Source of the DNA: an uncultured Thermoleophilaceae bacterium | Lineage (GTDB): Bacteria > Actinomycetota > Thermoleophilia > Solirubrobacterales > JACPNS01 | Direction of reading: 5' to 3' | Length of the DNA: 64,000 bases | Assembly: GCA_964597975.1 (NCBI GenBank) | Contig: CAZRAA010000001.1 | Location: 8,906 to 72,905 of the forward strand | Shown here: positions 8,766 to 18,264 of the stretch, piece after piece | Position numbering within the stretch: the stretch's first letter is position 1 | Layout of the letters: the number at the start of each line of letters is the position of its first letter | Program-made: the position numbers and the translations under genes | Notes under the pieces: generated by a model | The model's database searches: none | Told to the model about the DNA's origin: nothing | The model's input: the letters and a program-made list of their open reading frames with translations, nothing else

Positions 8766-9092
8766 ATGAGCAAAAAGAAGCGACCAAAGAACCCAAACAA
8801 CCCTGCGATTGACGAACTAGGGCTCGACCCCGACCTCTACGACGCCTTCGGCAATCCGATCGAATGGACCGATCCGGTGAGCGGCGCGCTGATGGGCGGA
8901 GATCCGATGGCGTTCGCCGCCGCGGGTGACGCCATGCAGATCGTCGGAACCCCAGCGCAGCTCGCCAGCGGAAAGGAGCCGACCCTGCGCGCAATGACAC
9001 TCGATGACATCGAGGACGACTGTCCGGTCTGCCAGCTCAACCGTGACCGCATCCTCGCTGGGGACGCGCCGATGATCTACGCATTCGATTAG
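8766..9092 (+). CDS. Small acidic hypothetical protein with a C-terminal CxxC
   Basis: ATG at 8766 gives 'MSKKKRPKNPNNP...DDCPVCQLNRDRILAGDAPMIYAFD'. The codon third positions look GC-biased as in neighbouring genes. No family recognised. Confidence 0.55.
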   Translation: MSKKKRPKNPNNPAIDELGLDPDLYDAFGNPIEWTDPVSGALMGGDPMAFAAAGDAMQIVGTPAQLASGKEPTLRAMTLDDIEDDCPVCQLNRDRILAGDAPMIYAFD

Positions 9093-9119
9093 TCACGGCG
9101 TCCGGAGGCGGCCATAGCT

Positions 9120-9135
9120 TTTGCCACGTGGCAAA
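9120..9135. promoter_or_regulatory. Perfect 16-bp palindrome spanning the predicted GTG start of the sugar transporter
   Basis: TTTGCCACGTGGCAAA is a perfect palindrome centred between 9127 and 9128. Confidence 0.3.
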
Positions 9136-10504
9136 GCCGGTGACCAAGTGGCTCGTTCTGGTCGGCGCGGTGATCTCGACCGCCGGCGTGCTCTTCGGCT
9201 ACGACCAGGGCGTCATCTCAGGTGCCCTGAGCGGCATCGAGAAAGACTTCGACACGAGCACGACGACGCTGGAGATCATCACCAGCTGGGTGACGCTCGG
9301 AGCTCTCGTCGGTGCCCTGATCGCCGGTGTCACGGCCGATCGCTTCGGCCGACGCGCGACGGTGATCGCCGCGGGTGTGCTCTTCATCGGCGGCGCGCTT
9401 GTCGAAGCGGTCGCGCCCGGTTCGGCGGTGCTGGTGATCGGCCGGCTGATCGTCGGCTTTGCGGTCGGAATCGCCTCGGTCGCGGCCCCCTTGTATGCCG
9501 CGGAAATGGCGCCGACGCACTTGCGCGGCAGATTCGTCTCTGGCTACCAGCTCGGAATCACATTCGGAATCTTCATCGCCTACCTGGTCGACGAGTTGCT
9601 CGACGCCGGCGACTGGCGCGTGATGCTCGGAGCTTCCGCGGTGGTCGGCGTCGTCCTGATCGTGCTGATTCTCCCCCTCCCAGACACGCCGCGCTGGTAC
9701 CTGAAGGCCGGGCGGCGCGACGACGCGCGCGCGGCGCTGGTGAAGGTCGCCGGCGACCCGGATCCCGACGCGACGATCGCCGAACAAGTGGCCGCCGAGG
9801 ACGGGGAGCGCCAAGCCAGCTGGGGCGTGGCGTTCTCGCAGCGCTGGCGCAAACCGCTGATGGTCGGTGTGGGCCTTGCCGTGTTCCAGCAGATCACCGG
9901 CATCAACGCGATCATCTACTACGCCGACAAGATCTTCGACGCGGCCGGCTTTGAGACAGTCGCCCAGCAGACCGCGGCGACCACCTGGGCGGTTGGCGCG
10001 GTGAACGTGCTGGCGACCTTGATTGCCGTGGCGTTCGTCGACAAGCTCGGGCGCAAGCCGCTGCTGCTCGCCGGGCTGATCGGAATGGGCCTCAGCCTCA
10101 CCGCGGTCGGAGTCTCGTTCCTCGAACTCGGCGACGTCTCGCTCGCGGGTTCGTCCCAGAAGGTCTCCGCCGCCGGCACTCTCACGCTCGTGGCGCTGGT
10201 CGTCTACATCGCTTCGTTCGCGTTCTCGATGGGGCCAGTGGTGTGGACGATCATCAACGAGATCTACCCGCGCGAAGTTCGCGGGCGCATGGTGTCGATC
10301 GCCACCGCGGTCAACTGGTTCTCTGCGTGGCTCGTCAGCCAGTTCTTCCTCTCGCTGGTCAATGCGATCGGCGAGCCGGCGACGTTCTGGCTGTTCGCGT
10401 CGCTCTGCGGGATCGCTTTTCTTTGGATCTGGCGCAAGGTGCCGGAAACCAAGGGCCGCTCGCTCGAGGAGATCGAGCAGATGTGGTCCGGCGCGAGCAA
10501 GTGA
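9128..10504 (+). CDS. MFS sugar porter (sugar/inositol:H+ symporter family)
   Basis: 'LFGYDQGVISGAL', 'DRFGRR' and 'PETKGRSLEEIE' signatures in a 12-TM layout. The start may be the GTG at 9128 or at 9140. Confidence 0.9.
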   Translation: MAKPVTKWLVLVGAVISTAGVLFGYDQGVISGALSGIEKDFDTSTTTLEIITSWVTLGALVGALIAGVTADRFGRRATVIAAGVLFIGGALVEAVAPGSAVLVIGRLIVGFAVGIASVAAPLYAAEMAPTHLRGRFVSGYQLGITFGIFIAYLVDELLDAGDWRVMLGASAVVGVVLIVLILPLPDTPRWYLKAGRRDDARAALVKVAGDPDPDATIAEQVAAEDGERQASWGVAFSQRWRKPLMVGVGLAVFQQITGINAIIYYADKIFDAAGFETVAQQTAATTWAVGAVNVLATLIAVAFVDKLGRKPLLLAGLIGMGLSLTAVGVSFLELGDVSLAGSSQKVSAAGTLTLVALVVYIASFAFSMGPVVWTIINEIYPREVRGRMVSIATAVNWFSAWLVSQFFLSLVNAIGEPATFWLFASLCGIAFLWIWRKVPETKGRSLEEIEQMWSGASK

Positions 10505-10540
10505 TCGCGCCGCACCAAGTCTCCCTCTGAGCTCGCACAT

Positions 10541-12190
10541 ATGCTCCCCAGCATGAAGCGCTGGACGGTTCTGATCATCATGTGCGCGGCGCAGTTCATC
10601 ATGGTGCTCGACACCACGGTGATGAACGTGTCCGTCTCGAACGTTGTCGAGGACCTCGACACGTCGCTGACGACCGTGCAGCTGGCGATCACGCTCTACA
10701 CGCTGGTGATGGGCTCGTTCATGCTGCTCGGCGGTCGCCTGGGCGACATCTTCGGCCGCAAGAAGATTTTCGGCATCGGCCTGATTGTCTACGGCATCGG
10801 CTCGATGACAACAGCACTCAGCCCCAATGCTTCATGGCTGATCTTCGGCTGGTCGTTCGTCGAGGGCGCCGGCGCCGTGATGGTGATGCCGGCGATCATC
10901 TCGCTGACCGCTTCCAATTACTCCGGTCGCGACCGCGCGACCGCCTACGGAGCGCTCGGCGGGATCGCGGCGGCCGGCGCTGCCGCCGGCCCGCTGATCG
11001 GCGGCTGGGTGACCGAGGCGCTGACCTGGCGCGTCGTCTTCGCCGCCGAGACGATCGTCTGCATCGTGATCGTGCTCTTCATGCGCCAGATCGCGGACGC
11101 GAAGACCGAAGCGCGCGGCCGGATCGACTGGCCTGGCGTCGCCCTTTCATCGACCGGCCTCGGGCTCGTTGTTCTGGCTATGTTGCAGGCCGGGAGCTGG
11201 GGCCTCTTCCGCCCGACCGGCGCCCTGACGATCGCCGGCCACGAGATAACACCCTTCGGGTACTCGGTGGTGCCGTTCATGGTGCTGGCGGGACTCTTCG
11301 TTCTGTACGGGTTTTTCGCGTGGGAGCGCCGCGTCATCGAACGCGGCGGCACACCGCTGATGCACCCGGCGCTGCTGCGCAAGCTCCAACTGCGCAACGG
11401 TCTCGTGATGCTGATGGCCCAGCAGACCGTGATCGGTGGAATGTTCTTTGTTATTCCGATCTACCTGCAATACGTACTGCTCAAGGACGCGTTTGAAACG
11501 GGGTTGAAGCTCGCCCCGATGTCGATCGCGATGTTGATCGCCGCGTTCAGTGGTCCGAAACTTGCGCAGACGCGCTCGCCACGGTGGATTGTCACGGTCG
11601 GCCTTGCGCTGGTCACGATCGGTTCGGTTCTGCTCATCTGGACGATCGACCCGGAGCTCAACGACGCGCTCTTTGCCGTCGGCATGGCCGTCTTCGGGGC
11701 CGGTTTCGGACTCGTTGCCTCACAGCTTGGCAACGTGATCATGTCCTCGGTCGGCGACGCCGATCGTGGCGAGGCCGGCGGTCTTCAGGGAACAGCCCAG
11801 AACATCGGAACCTCGCTCGGTGTGGCGATGATCGGCGCGTTGCTGGTCGCCAGCCTGAGCACGGGACTCGACGAGCGCGCCCAGCAAGACCCGGCGATTT
11901 CGCAGTCGACAAAGGCCGCTATCAGCCAGGTCTCCGCCAAGGGCGTGGATGTCGTGACCGGCGCCCAGGTGAGCGAGGCGCTTGCAGACGCCGGAGTGAC
12001 CGGTGCCGAGGCCGACGCGGTCGTCGCCGCATACGAGTCCGCTCAGATCGATGCGATCAAGGACGCGATTCTGCTCGCGGCGATCCTGGCGTTGATCGGC
12101 CTGCTGATCGCGCAGCGGCTGCCGCGAGTGCCAGGGGTTGAGCTCGGTGCGGAGGACGAACGAGCGCCCCCCGCACCGGCCAGCGTTTGA
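10541..12190 (+). CDS. MFS transporter, DHA2 (EmrB/QacA-like, 14-TM) efflux family
   Basis: 'AQFIMVLDTTVMNVSVSNVVEDL', 'GRLGDIFGRKKIF', long 14-TM architecture. Confidence 0.9.
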   Translation: MLPSMKRWTVLIIMCAAQFIMVLDTTVMNVSVSNVVEDLDTSLTTVQLAITLYTLVMGSFMLLGGRLGDIFGRKKIFGIGLIVYGIGSMTTALSPNASWLIFGWSFVEGAGAVMVMPAIISLTASNYSGRDRATAYGALGGIAAAGAAAGPLIGGWVTEALTWRVVFAAETIVCIVIVLFMRQIADAKTEARGRIDWPGVALSSTGLGLVVLAMLQAGSWGLFRPTGALTIAGHEITPFGYSVVPFMVLAGLFVLYGFFAWERRVIERGGTPLMHPALLRKLQLRNGLVMLMAQQTVIGGMFFVIPIYLQYVLLKDAFETGLKLAPMSIAMLIAAFSGPKLAQTRSPRWIVTVGLALVTIGSVLLIWTIDPELNDALFAVGMAVFGAGFGLVASQLGNVIMSSVGDADRGEAGGLQGTAQNIGTSLGVAMIGALLVASLSTGLDERAQQDPAISQSTKAAISQVSAKGVDVVTGAQVSEALADAGVTGAEADAVVAAYESAQIDAIKDAILLAAILALIGLLIAQRLPRVPGVELGAEDERAPPAPASV

Positions 12191-12484
12191 TCAGCCGAGC
12201 AGCTTCGCCTTCTGCGCGGCGAACTCCTCGTCGGTGAGGATTCCCTGCTCGTGGAGCTGGCCCAGCTCCTTGAGCTTTGCGATCTGCGGGTCCTCGGCCG
12301 GAGCGGCCGGGGCCGCCTCGACGTACTGCTGTTGGGGCGGGGCGACCGGCGCCATGTAGCCGGGCTGCGCCTCGTTTTGCTCGGCCCAGCGGTTGGCCTG
12401 ACGGCGTGAGACGTTGTTGCTGACGGCCGTTGCCGTACCGGCGACGACTGCGGTGCGGGCGACCCCACGGAGTAGTCCTGGCAT
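12191..12484 (-). CDS. SHOCT-domain protein
   Basis: C-terminal 'LKELGQLHEQGILTDEEFAAQKAKLLG' is a SHOCT motif. N-terminal 'GLLRGVARTAVVAGTATAV'. Confidence 0.8.
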   Translation of the reverse strand: MPGLLRGVARTAVVAGTATAVSNNVSRRQANRWAEQNEAQPGYMAPVAPPQQQYVEAAPAAPAEDPQIAKLKELGQLHEQGILTDEEFAAQKAKLLG

Positions 12485-12524
12485 GTTGATTCTCGCTTTC
12501 TGAGTTCGAAGAGTTTGGGGCTGT

Positions 12525-12953
12525 CTAGACGCCGGCTGCTTCCAGCGTCTCGATCAACGCGTCGATCGGAACGGCACCGCGTGCAACGACCTGGGCGCCA
12601 TTTCCGCGCAACGCGCCGGCCAGCGGCGCCGCCCAGAGGTTTTCCCAAATCAGCACGGCGGCAGAAGTGCCGGGTTCGATCGCCGAGGCCGCCTCGCCGA
12701 TGTCGCCGTCATCGAGCAGGCCGCTGGACGCGCCGTCGAAGACCGCGAACTCGGCACCGAGCTCGTTGATGTCCAGGGTCGCGACGGTGCCGTCGTCCGC
12801 CTTGGTGATGAACGCCAGGTCGATGATCCGGACGAGACCGCGATCGACGAGTTCGATCAGGTGGGGCAGGGCCTCGCCATTTGGCTGTTGGTCGGGCCAT
12901 TCGACCACGAGATAGTCGATCGGGCCGATGGCGTCGAGAGTTTCGTCAGACAT
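12525..12953 (-). CDS. Conserved hypothetical protein (I recall it as DUF6325-like; unverified), upstream partner of the SHOCT gene
   Basis: Start at the ATG giving 'MSDETLDAIGPIDYLVVEWPDQQPNGEALPHLIELVDRGLVRIIDLAFI...'. A 40-nt gap separates it from the SHOCT gene on the same strand. Confidence 0.65.
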   Translation of the reverse strand: MSDETLDAIGPIDYLVVEWPDQQPNGEALPHLIELVDRGLVRIIDLAFITKADDGTVATLDINELGAEFAVFDGASSGLLDDGDIGEAASAIEPGTSAAVLIWENLWAAPLAGALRGNGAQVVARGAVPIDALIETLEAAGV

Positions 12954-13032
12954 TCGCGCAGGTACCTCTGTGAATTCGCGTGTTGGCGTGGTCGGACCTT
13001 GGCGCTCGCATGCGGTCCGTGTAGTCGCGATC

Positions 13033-14631
13033 CTATTGCGCCGCGACCGGCTCGTCGCCGGTGTCCTCTGCCGCATATCCGGCGAGCGTTCGCTGCTCCT
13101 CGTCTCGCCCGGGGAATCTTGCCGCCACCAGTGCGGCGCCGAGCAGGACGGCGACGATCCCCGCCATGTAGGCCCAGTCCTGACCATCGAGGAAAGACTG
13201 TTTCGCGCCGGCGATGATCTGGCTCGCGTACTGCGGGTACTGCTCGGCGGTGTTGGCGGCGCTGCCGAATGACTTGGTCAGCTCGGACTGGACCGAATCC
13301 GTGACCTTGCTCGCATCAGGCGAGGAAGCGATCGCCGAATTGACGGCCGAGGCGTAGCCCGCGGTGAGCAACGCGCCCAGCAGCGACTGCATGATCGCGC
13401 CGCCGAGGTCGCGTTGCAGGTCAGCCGTCGCCGAGGCCATGCCCGCTCGTCGCACCGGCACCGAACCGGTCAGCGAGTGCGAGGCCGGCGTGCCGGCAAA
13501 GCCGACCCCGATGCCCATCAGCGCGTAGCCGAGGCCGACCTTCCAGTACGGGATGTCTTCCTTCCAGAGCAGCAACATCGTGAGGAAGCCGAGCAGGCAG
13601 AAGAAGTATCCGACGAGCAGCGTGAAGCGCGCTCCGTGGGACTCAACCAGCGCGGCCGAGCGGGGAGCGACAATCACCATCAGGAACGCAGCCGGCAGGA
13701 TTGCTGCGCCTGCCTCGAAGGAGCTGTAGGAAAGGACGTTTTGCAGGAACTGCTGGCCGATGAACATCGCGGCCATCAGCGAGCCGAAGACGATGATCCC
13801 CGCCGTCGCGGCGACCCAGAAAATCCGTCGTGATGCGACCTCCATGTCGTAGAGCGGCACCGCGATCCGGCGTTGGCGCATCACGAATGCGGCCGTGGCG
13901 GCCAAACCGATCAGCAGCAGGCCGACGGCAAGGGCGCCCCTACCTGGAACCGGCGCGAAATTGAGACCGAGCACGATTGCTGCGACCAGCAGGATCGACA
14001 TCAGGCCCGAGAGGTTGTCCACCGGTTCGGTCGATTCGTTGACGTGACTCGGGACGAGTCGAATGGCCAGCACCAGCGCAACCAACGCCAGCGGCAGCGT
14101 GATCAAGAAGACTGAGCCCCAGTCGAAATGTTCGAGCAACGCACCTGATGTGATCGGACCCAGCGCGGAGATCGCGCCGCCGATGCTCGACCAGAGCGCG
14201 ATCGCTTTCGTGCGCGGCGGCCCAGCCCAGAGCGCTGTGATCAGAGAGAGCGTCGTCGGGAACGCCATACCGGCAGCAAGTCCGCCGAGCACGCGGGCGA
14301 AGAAAAGCATCTCGACGCTGGTGCTGAAAGCGGCGATCAGCGACGCAGGAATCGCCACCGACGTCCCGATCACCAGAAGCATCTTGCGTCCGTAGCGGTC
14401 GCCGACCGCGCCGAGGTAGAGCACCGACGCGGCCAGGCCCAACGAATAGCCGACGGCCACGAGATTCAGACCGGTCTGGGAGGCGTCGAGATCCTTGCCG
14501 ATGTCCGGGAGCGCGACATTGGCTACGGCGAGATTGAGGTTGGCGACCGCGGCGACGAGGATCAGGGCCGTGAGGACCAGCCCGGCACGCTTGGGTACGA
14601 CCGCGTTCTGCTCGATCGGTGCTGCGTTCAC
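13033..14631 (-). CDS. MFS transporter, DHA2 efflux family
   Basis: GTG start. 'ANLNLAVANVALPDIGKDL', 'GDRYGRKMLL', 14-TM layout. Confidence 0.9.
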   Translation of the reverse strand: MNAAPIEQNAVVPKRAGLVLTALILVAAVANLNLAVANVALPDIGKDLDASQTGLNLVAVGYSLGLAASVLYLGAVGDRYGRKMLLVIGTSVAIPASLIAAFSTSVEMLFFARVLGGLAAGMAFPTTLSLITALWAGPPRTKAIALWSSIGGAISALGPITSGALLEHFDWGSVFLITLPLALVALVLAIRLVPSHVNESTEPVDNLSGLMSILLVAAIVLGLNFAPVPGRGALAVGLLLIGLAATAAFVMRQRRIAVPLYDMEVASRRIFWVAATAGIIVFGSLMAAMFIGQQFLQNVLSYSSFEAGAAILPAAFLMVIVAPRSAALVESHGARFTLLVGYFFCLLGFLTMLLLWKEDIPYWKVGLGYALMGIGVGFAGTPASHSLTGSVPVRRAGMASATADLQRDLGGAIMQSLLGALLTAGYASAVNSAIASSPDASKVTDSVQSELTKSFGSAANTAEQYPQYASQIIAGAKQSFLDGQDWAYMAGIVAVLLGAALVAARFPGRDEEQRTLAGYAAEDTGDEPVAAQ

Positions 14632-14660
14632 CGGGCAGACAATACGCCTTCTGGCGGAGG

Positions 14661-15287
14661 TCAGGCGGGCGTTGCGGCCGCCCGCTCGCGCGCCAGGCGT
14701 TCGGCCCGCTGCTTGATGCCGATCAGCATCTTGCGCTCCATGATCAGGGAGCCGGGCAGCATCGGCGCCATCGCGATCCGTGCTGCGAGCGTCGGGAGCC
14801 GGAAGCTGTTGCGGCTGATCAGGCGAGTCGCGCCGCCGGACTCGACGATGACGAAGGCCCAGACCCAGTTGCCGGAACGCTCCCGCCAGACGATCGCGCG
14901 CTGATCCTCGAGCACCGCGATCTCCATCGTGTTGGCCCCGAACGTGATCGAGTCCCCGAGCCGCGGATTCTGGAACTCCTCGAGCACGTGGTCGGCGCTG
15001 TGCATGTTCAAACCGAAGAGGTTCTCGATCCAGTCATAGGTGTATGCGCCGCCGCGAGGCGCGGGACCCAGCTGGGCAAGCCACGGCCAGACGGCCGACG
15101 CCGGGGCATCGATCGCGATCGCGCGGGTCGAGACGCCGTCCGGCTCGGCGATCAGCTCGTCGCCCGGCAGGGCTCTTGATGCTTCGGCGCCCTGCGTCCC
15201 CCACGTCAACACTCGGTCCGCGACGAGCGACTTGTACGCCGCGGTCAGCAACGCAACCACAGCAGATGCCTTCAGTAATCGGATCAT
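14661..15287 (-). CDS. SRPBCC-family protein (ligand-binding fold), function unknown
   Basis: 'AVWPWLAQLGPAPRGGAYTYDWIENLFG' motif, which I recall from actinobacterial SRPBCC proteins. N-terminal hydrophobic segment. Confidence 0.6.
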   Translation of the reverse strand: MIRLLKASAVVALLTAAYKSLVADRVLTWGTQGAEASRALPGDELIAEPDGVSTRAIAIDAPASAVWPWLAQLGPAPRGGAYTYDWIENLFGLNMHSADHVLEEFQNPRLGDSITFGANTMEIAVLEDQRAIVWRERSGNWVWAFVIVESGGATRLISRNSFRLPTLAARIAMAPMLPGSLIMERKMLIGIKQRAERLARERAAATPA

Positions 15288-15333
15288 CGCTTCCCCGCGA
15301 TGGTTGCATACCGACGGCGGTCGCCGCCGGCCC

Positions 15334-17364
15334 TCAAAGGCGTGTTGCCAGCTCGGTGCCCTGGCGAATCGCCCGCTTGGCGTCGAGTTCCGCGGCGACG
15401 TCCGCGCCGCCGATCAGGTGGGTCTCAATCCCAGACTCGGTGATCTCGTCAAACAGCTCGCGCACCGATTCCTGTCCGGCGCAGAGGACAATCGTGTCGG
15501 CCGGGATTGTGCGCGATTCCCCGTGGTCCTTGCCAAAGCTGATGTGCAGGCCCTCGTCGTCGATCCGCTCGTAGCGCACTCCCGCGACCATCTCGACCTG
15601 CTTCTTCTTGAGCACCGCGCGGTGCACCCAGCCGCTCGTCTTGCCGAGCCCCTTGCCGAGCGCGTCCTGCTTGCGCTGGAGCAACACGACCTTGCGCGGC
15701 GAGGGCGAGACTTCTGCTTCGACGATGCCGCCTCGGGTCTCGAACTCTGGAGCTACGCCCCACTCTCGTCGCCACTCGGCCAGATCGAGCGTCGGAGAAG
15801 ACTCATTGACCAGCAGCTCCGAGACGTCAAAACCGATGCCCCCCGCGCCGATCACGGCGACCTGCGCGCCGTTGCCGGCCGGATCCTCGATCGCCTGCTG
15901 GTAGGAGCGAACCTTCGGGTGATCGACTCCGGGAATCTGGGGCGTGCGAGCCTTCACGCCGGTCGCGATCACCACTGCGTCGAAGCCCTCGGACTTCAGC
16001 TCGGCGGCAGTCGCACGTGTGCCGATACGCCGCTCGACGCCGCGCTCGTCGAGCAGAGCGTCGAAATAACGAATCGTCTCGTCGAACTCTTCTTTGCCGG
16101 GGATGCGACGGGCGAGATTGAACTGTCCGCCGATCGCGCTCGCCGCCTCGAACAGCGTGACGCTGTGACCGCGCTCAGCGAGCGTGGTCGAGCACGCCAG
16201 CCCCGCGGGTCCGGCCCCGACGACTGCGATGCGCCGGGGGGTCGCGGCAGGCTCGATCACCAGCTCGGTCTCATAGGCGGCGCGCGGGTTGACCAGGCAG
16301 CTCGCGCGCTTGTTCCTGAAGGTGTGGTCAAGACACGCCTGATTGCAGGCGATGCAGGTGTTGATCAACTGCGGCTTGCCTGCTGCCGCCTTGTTGACCC
16401 ACTCGGGATCTGCCAGGAACGGGCGGGCCATCTGGATCATGTCGGCCTTGCCCTCGGCAAGAAGCGCCTCGGCCTGATCGGGCATGTTGATTCGGTTGGA
16501 GGCAACGACCGGGATCTCGACGACGTGCTTGATCGCCGCCGTCTGTTCGATGAACGCGGCGCGCGGGACCGAAGTGACGATCGTCGGCACGCGCGCTTCA
16601 TGCCAGCCGATTCCGGTCGTAAGCATCGAGGCGCCGGCCGTCTCGATCTCACCGGCCAGCTCGAGAATCTCTTCGATCGTCTGGCCATCATCGACCAGGT
16701 CGAGCGCCGAGATCCGGTAGATCACGAGGAAGTCGTCGCCGACCTGCTCGCGGACGGCCTTGACGATCTCGCGCGGGAAGCGGCGCCGGTTCTCTGGCGA
16801 TCCGCCCCACTCGTCTTCGCGCTTGTTCGTGCGCGGGGCGAGAAACTGATTGATCAGGTAGCCCTCGGACCCCATGATCTCGACCGCGTCGTAGCCGGCT
16901 TCACGCGCGAGCACCGCCGCGTTGGCGAAATCCTGAACCGTGCGCGCGACCGTACGCGAACTCATCGCCTTGGCCGAGAACGGAGTGATCGGCGACTTGC
17001 TCGCCGACGCCGAGAGCGAGAACGGGTGGTACGAGTAGCGACCGGCGTGGAGGATCTGCAATGCGATCTTCCCGTCCTCTGCGTGAACGGCGTCCGTGAT
17101 CGTCTTGTGCCGGCGGGCGTCCGAAGCGGAGGTCATGTCGCCGGCGAACGGGAGCAGCCAACCGCGCCTGTTTGGCGAGTAACCGCCGGTGACGACTAGT
17201 CCCGCGCCGCCGCGCGCTCGTTCAGCGAAGTAGGCGGCAAGCTTGCCGACGTCCGAAGCGCGGTCCTCGAGCTTGACGTGCATCGAACCCATCACCACGC
17301 GGTTGCGCAGTTGGGTGTGGCCGAAGTCGATCGGCTCGAGCAGGTGGGGATATGGAGACTCCAT
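15334..17364 (-). CDS. fadH: NADPH-dependent 2,4-dienoyl-CoA reductase
   Basis: Start at 'MESPYPHLLEPIDFGHTQLRNRVVMGSMH' (OYE-like TIM barrel). 4Fe-4S motif 'CIACNQACLDH'. Rossmann motif 'VAVVGAGPAGLACS'. 676 aa. The 190 upstream codons in the tracked ORF have no motifs. Confidence 0.9.
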   Translation of the reverse strand: MESPYPHLLEPIDFGHTQLRNRVVMGSMHVKLEDRASDVGKLAAYFAERARGGAGLVVTGGYSPNRRGWLLPFAGDMTSASDARRHKTITDAVHAEDGKIALQILHAGRYSYHPFSLSASASKSPITPFSAKAMSSRTVARTVQDFANAAVLAREAGYDAVEIMGSEGYLINQFLAPRTNKREDEWGGSPENRRRFPREIVKAVREQVGDDFLVIYRISALDLVDDGQTIEEILELAGEIETAGASMLTTGIGWHEARVPTIVTSVPRAAFIEQTAAIKHVVEIPVVASNRINMPDQAEALLAEGKADMIQMARPFLADPEWVNKAAAGKPQLINTCIACNQACLDHTFRNKRASCLVNPRAAYETELVIEPAATPRRIAVVGAGPAGLACSTTLAERGHSVTLFEAASAIGGQFNLARRIPGKEEFDETIRYFDALLDERGVERRIGTRATAAELKSEGFDAVVIATGVKARTPQIPGVDHPKVRSYQQAIEDPAGNGAQVAVIGAGGIGFDVSELLVNESSPTLDLAEWRREWGVAPEFETRGGIVEAEVSPSPRKVVLLQRKQDALGKGLGKTSGWVHRAVLKKKQVEMVAGVRYERIDDEGLHISFGKDHGESRTIPADTIVLCAGQESVRELFDEITESGIETHLIGGADVAAELDAKRAIRQGTELATRL

Positions 17365-17433
17365 CGATCGGTGTAACGGTACAACCTGAAGGGTCAAGTC
17401 CAACGAGATTTCGACAGCGGGACAAACTCGCTT

Positions 17434-18249
17434 ATGCGGCGATCGCCTAGTTTTTCGCTCGTGAGCCAGTTGGCAATCGGTCAGAACCCCGCCGTGCTCC
17501 TGGACATCGACGGGGTACTCCACGTCGGCGACACGCCTGTGCCCGGCGCGGTGGAGGCGCTTGCGCGCCTGCGCGAACTCTCGGGCGGAGTGCGGCTGGT
17601 CACCAACACGACCTCGCGCTCGCGCGCCGAGGTGGCGCGGAGGCTTGGGACGATCGGTATCGAGGTCGATCAGGCCGAAATCCTCTCGCCGGCCGCGATG
17701 GCCGTGCAGTACTGCGCCGATCACGAACTCACGGCGGCACGGCTGTACGTGTCGGATTCGCTGCGAAACGATCTCGAACGGTTGAGCGAGGCAGAACCTG
17801 GCTCCGCCCCGGACGTCGTCGTGCTCGGCGACATCGGCGACCGCTTCAACGCGACGACGATGAACGAGATCTTCTCGCTGTTGATGGATGGCGCGCAGTT
17901 GATGGCGCTCCAACACAACCGCTACTGGCAGCATGACTCGGGACTGATGCTCGACGTCGGCGCCTGGGCGGCCGCGCTCGAGTACGCCACCGGCCGGACG
18001 GCGATCACCGTCGGCAAGCCGTCGGCCGAGTTCTTCAACGCCGCGCTCGCAAGCCTCGGTGTCTCCGCGGACTCGGCGGTGATGATCGGCGACGACATCG
18101 AAGCCGACGTGAACGGCGCACAGACCTGTGGTATCCAGGGCGTACTGGTCAAGACCGGCAAATACCGGCCCGGCGTCGTGACCGGCCGAGGCTTCGGCCC
18201 AGCCGCGATCGTCGATTCGATCGCAGACGTCCCTACCCTCCTAGAGTGA
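17434..18249 (+). CDS. HAD-superfamily hydrolase, subfamily IIA
   Basis: 'VLLDIDGVLHVGDTPVPGAVEAL', 'VTNTTSRSR', 'MIGDDIEADVNGAQTCGIQGVLVKTGKY'. The exact start is uncertain. Confidence 0.85.
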   Translation: MRRSPSFSLVSQLAIGQNPAVLLDIDGVLHVGDTPVPGAVEALARLRELSGGVRLVTNTTSRSRAEVARRLGTIGIEVDQAEILSPAAMAVQYCADHELTAARLYVSDSLRNDLERLSEAEPGSAPDVVVLGDIGDRFNATTMNEIFSLLMDGAQLMALQHNRYWQHDSGLMLDVGAWAAALEYATGRTAITVGKPSAEFFNAALASLGVSADSAVMIGDDIEADVNGAQTCGIQGVLVKTGKYRPGVVTGRGFGPAAIVDSIADVPTLLE

Positions 18250-18264
18250 CACCCCCGACTACGT

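Noticed and set aside
8632-9000. N-terminal extensions of tracked ORFs (8125-9000, and likewise 15334-17934, 36194-16916-type cases: 36194-36916, 46681-47868, 60264-61352, 12525-13187, 2837-4408)
   Set aside because: The extensions are Arg/Pro-rich with no motifs, and they overlap neighbouring genes or promoters. Internal ATG/GTG starts give N-termini that match the expected family starts or signal peptides.
9218-10540. 440-aa minus-strand ORF over the sugar porter
   Set aside because: It is antisense to a transporter with canonical sugar-porter signatures. The product is highly charged (R/D/E/H) and has no motifs.
15040-17199. 719-aa ORF on the plus strand, the longest 'extra' ORF in the six-frame track
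   Set aside because: It is exactly antisense to fadH, whose translation carries unambiguous OYE, 4Fe-4S and Rossmann motifs. The antisense product is Arg/Ala/Gly/Asp-rich with no motif. This is the typical stop-codon-poor antisense frame of GC-rich DNA.
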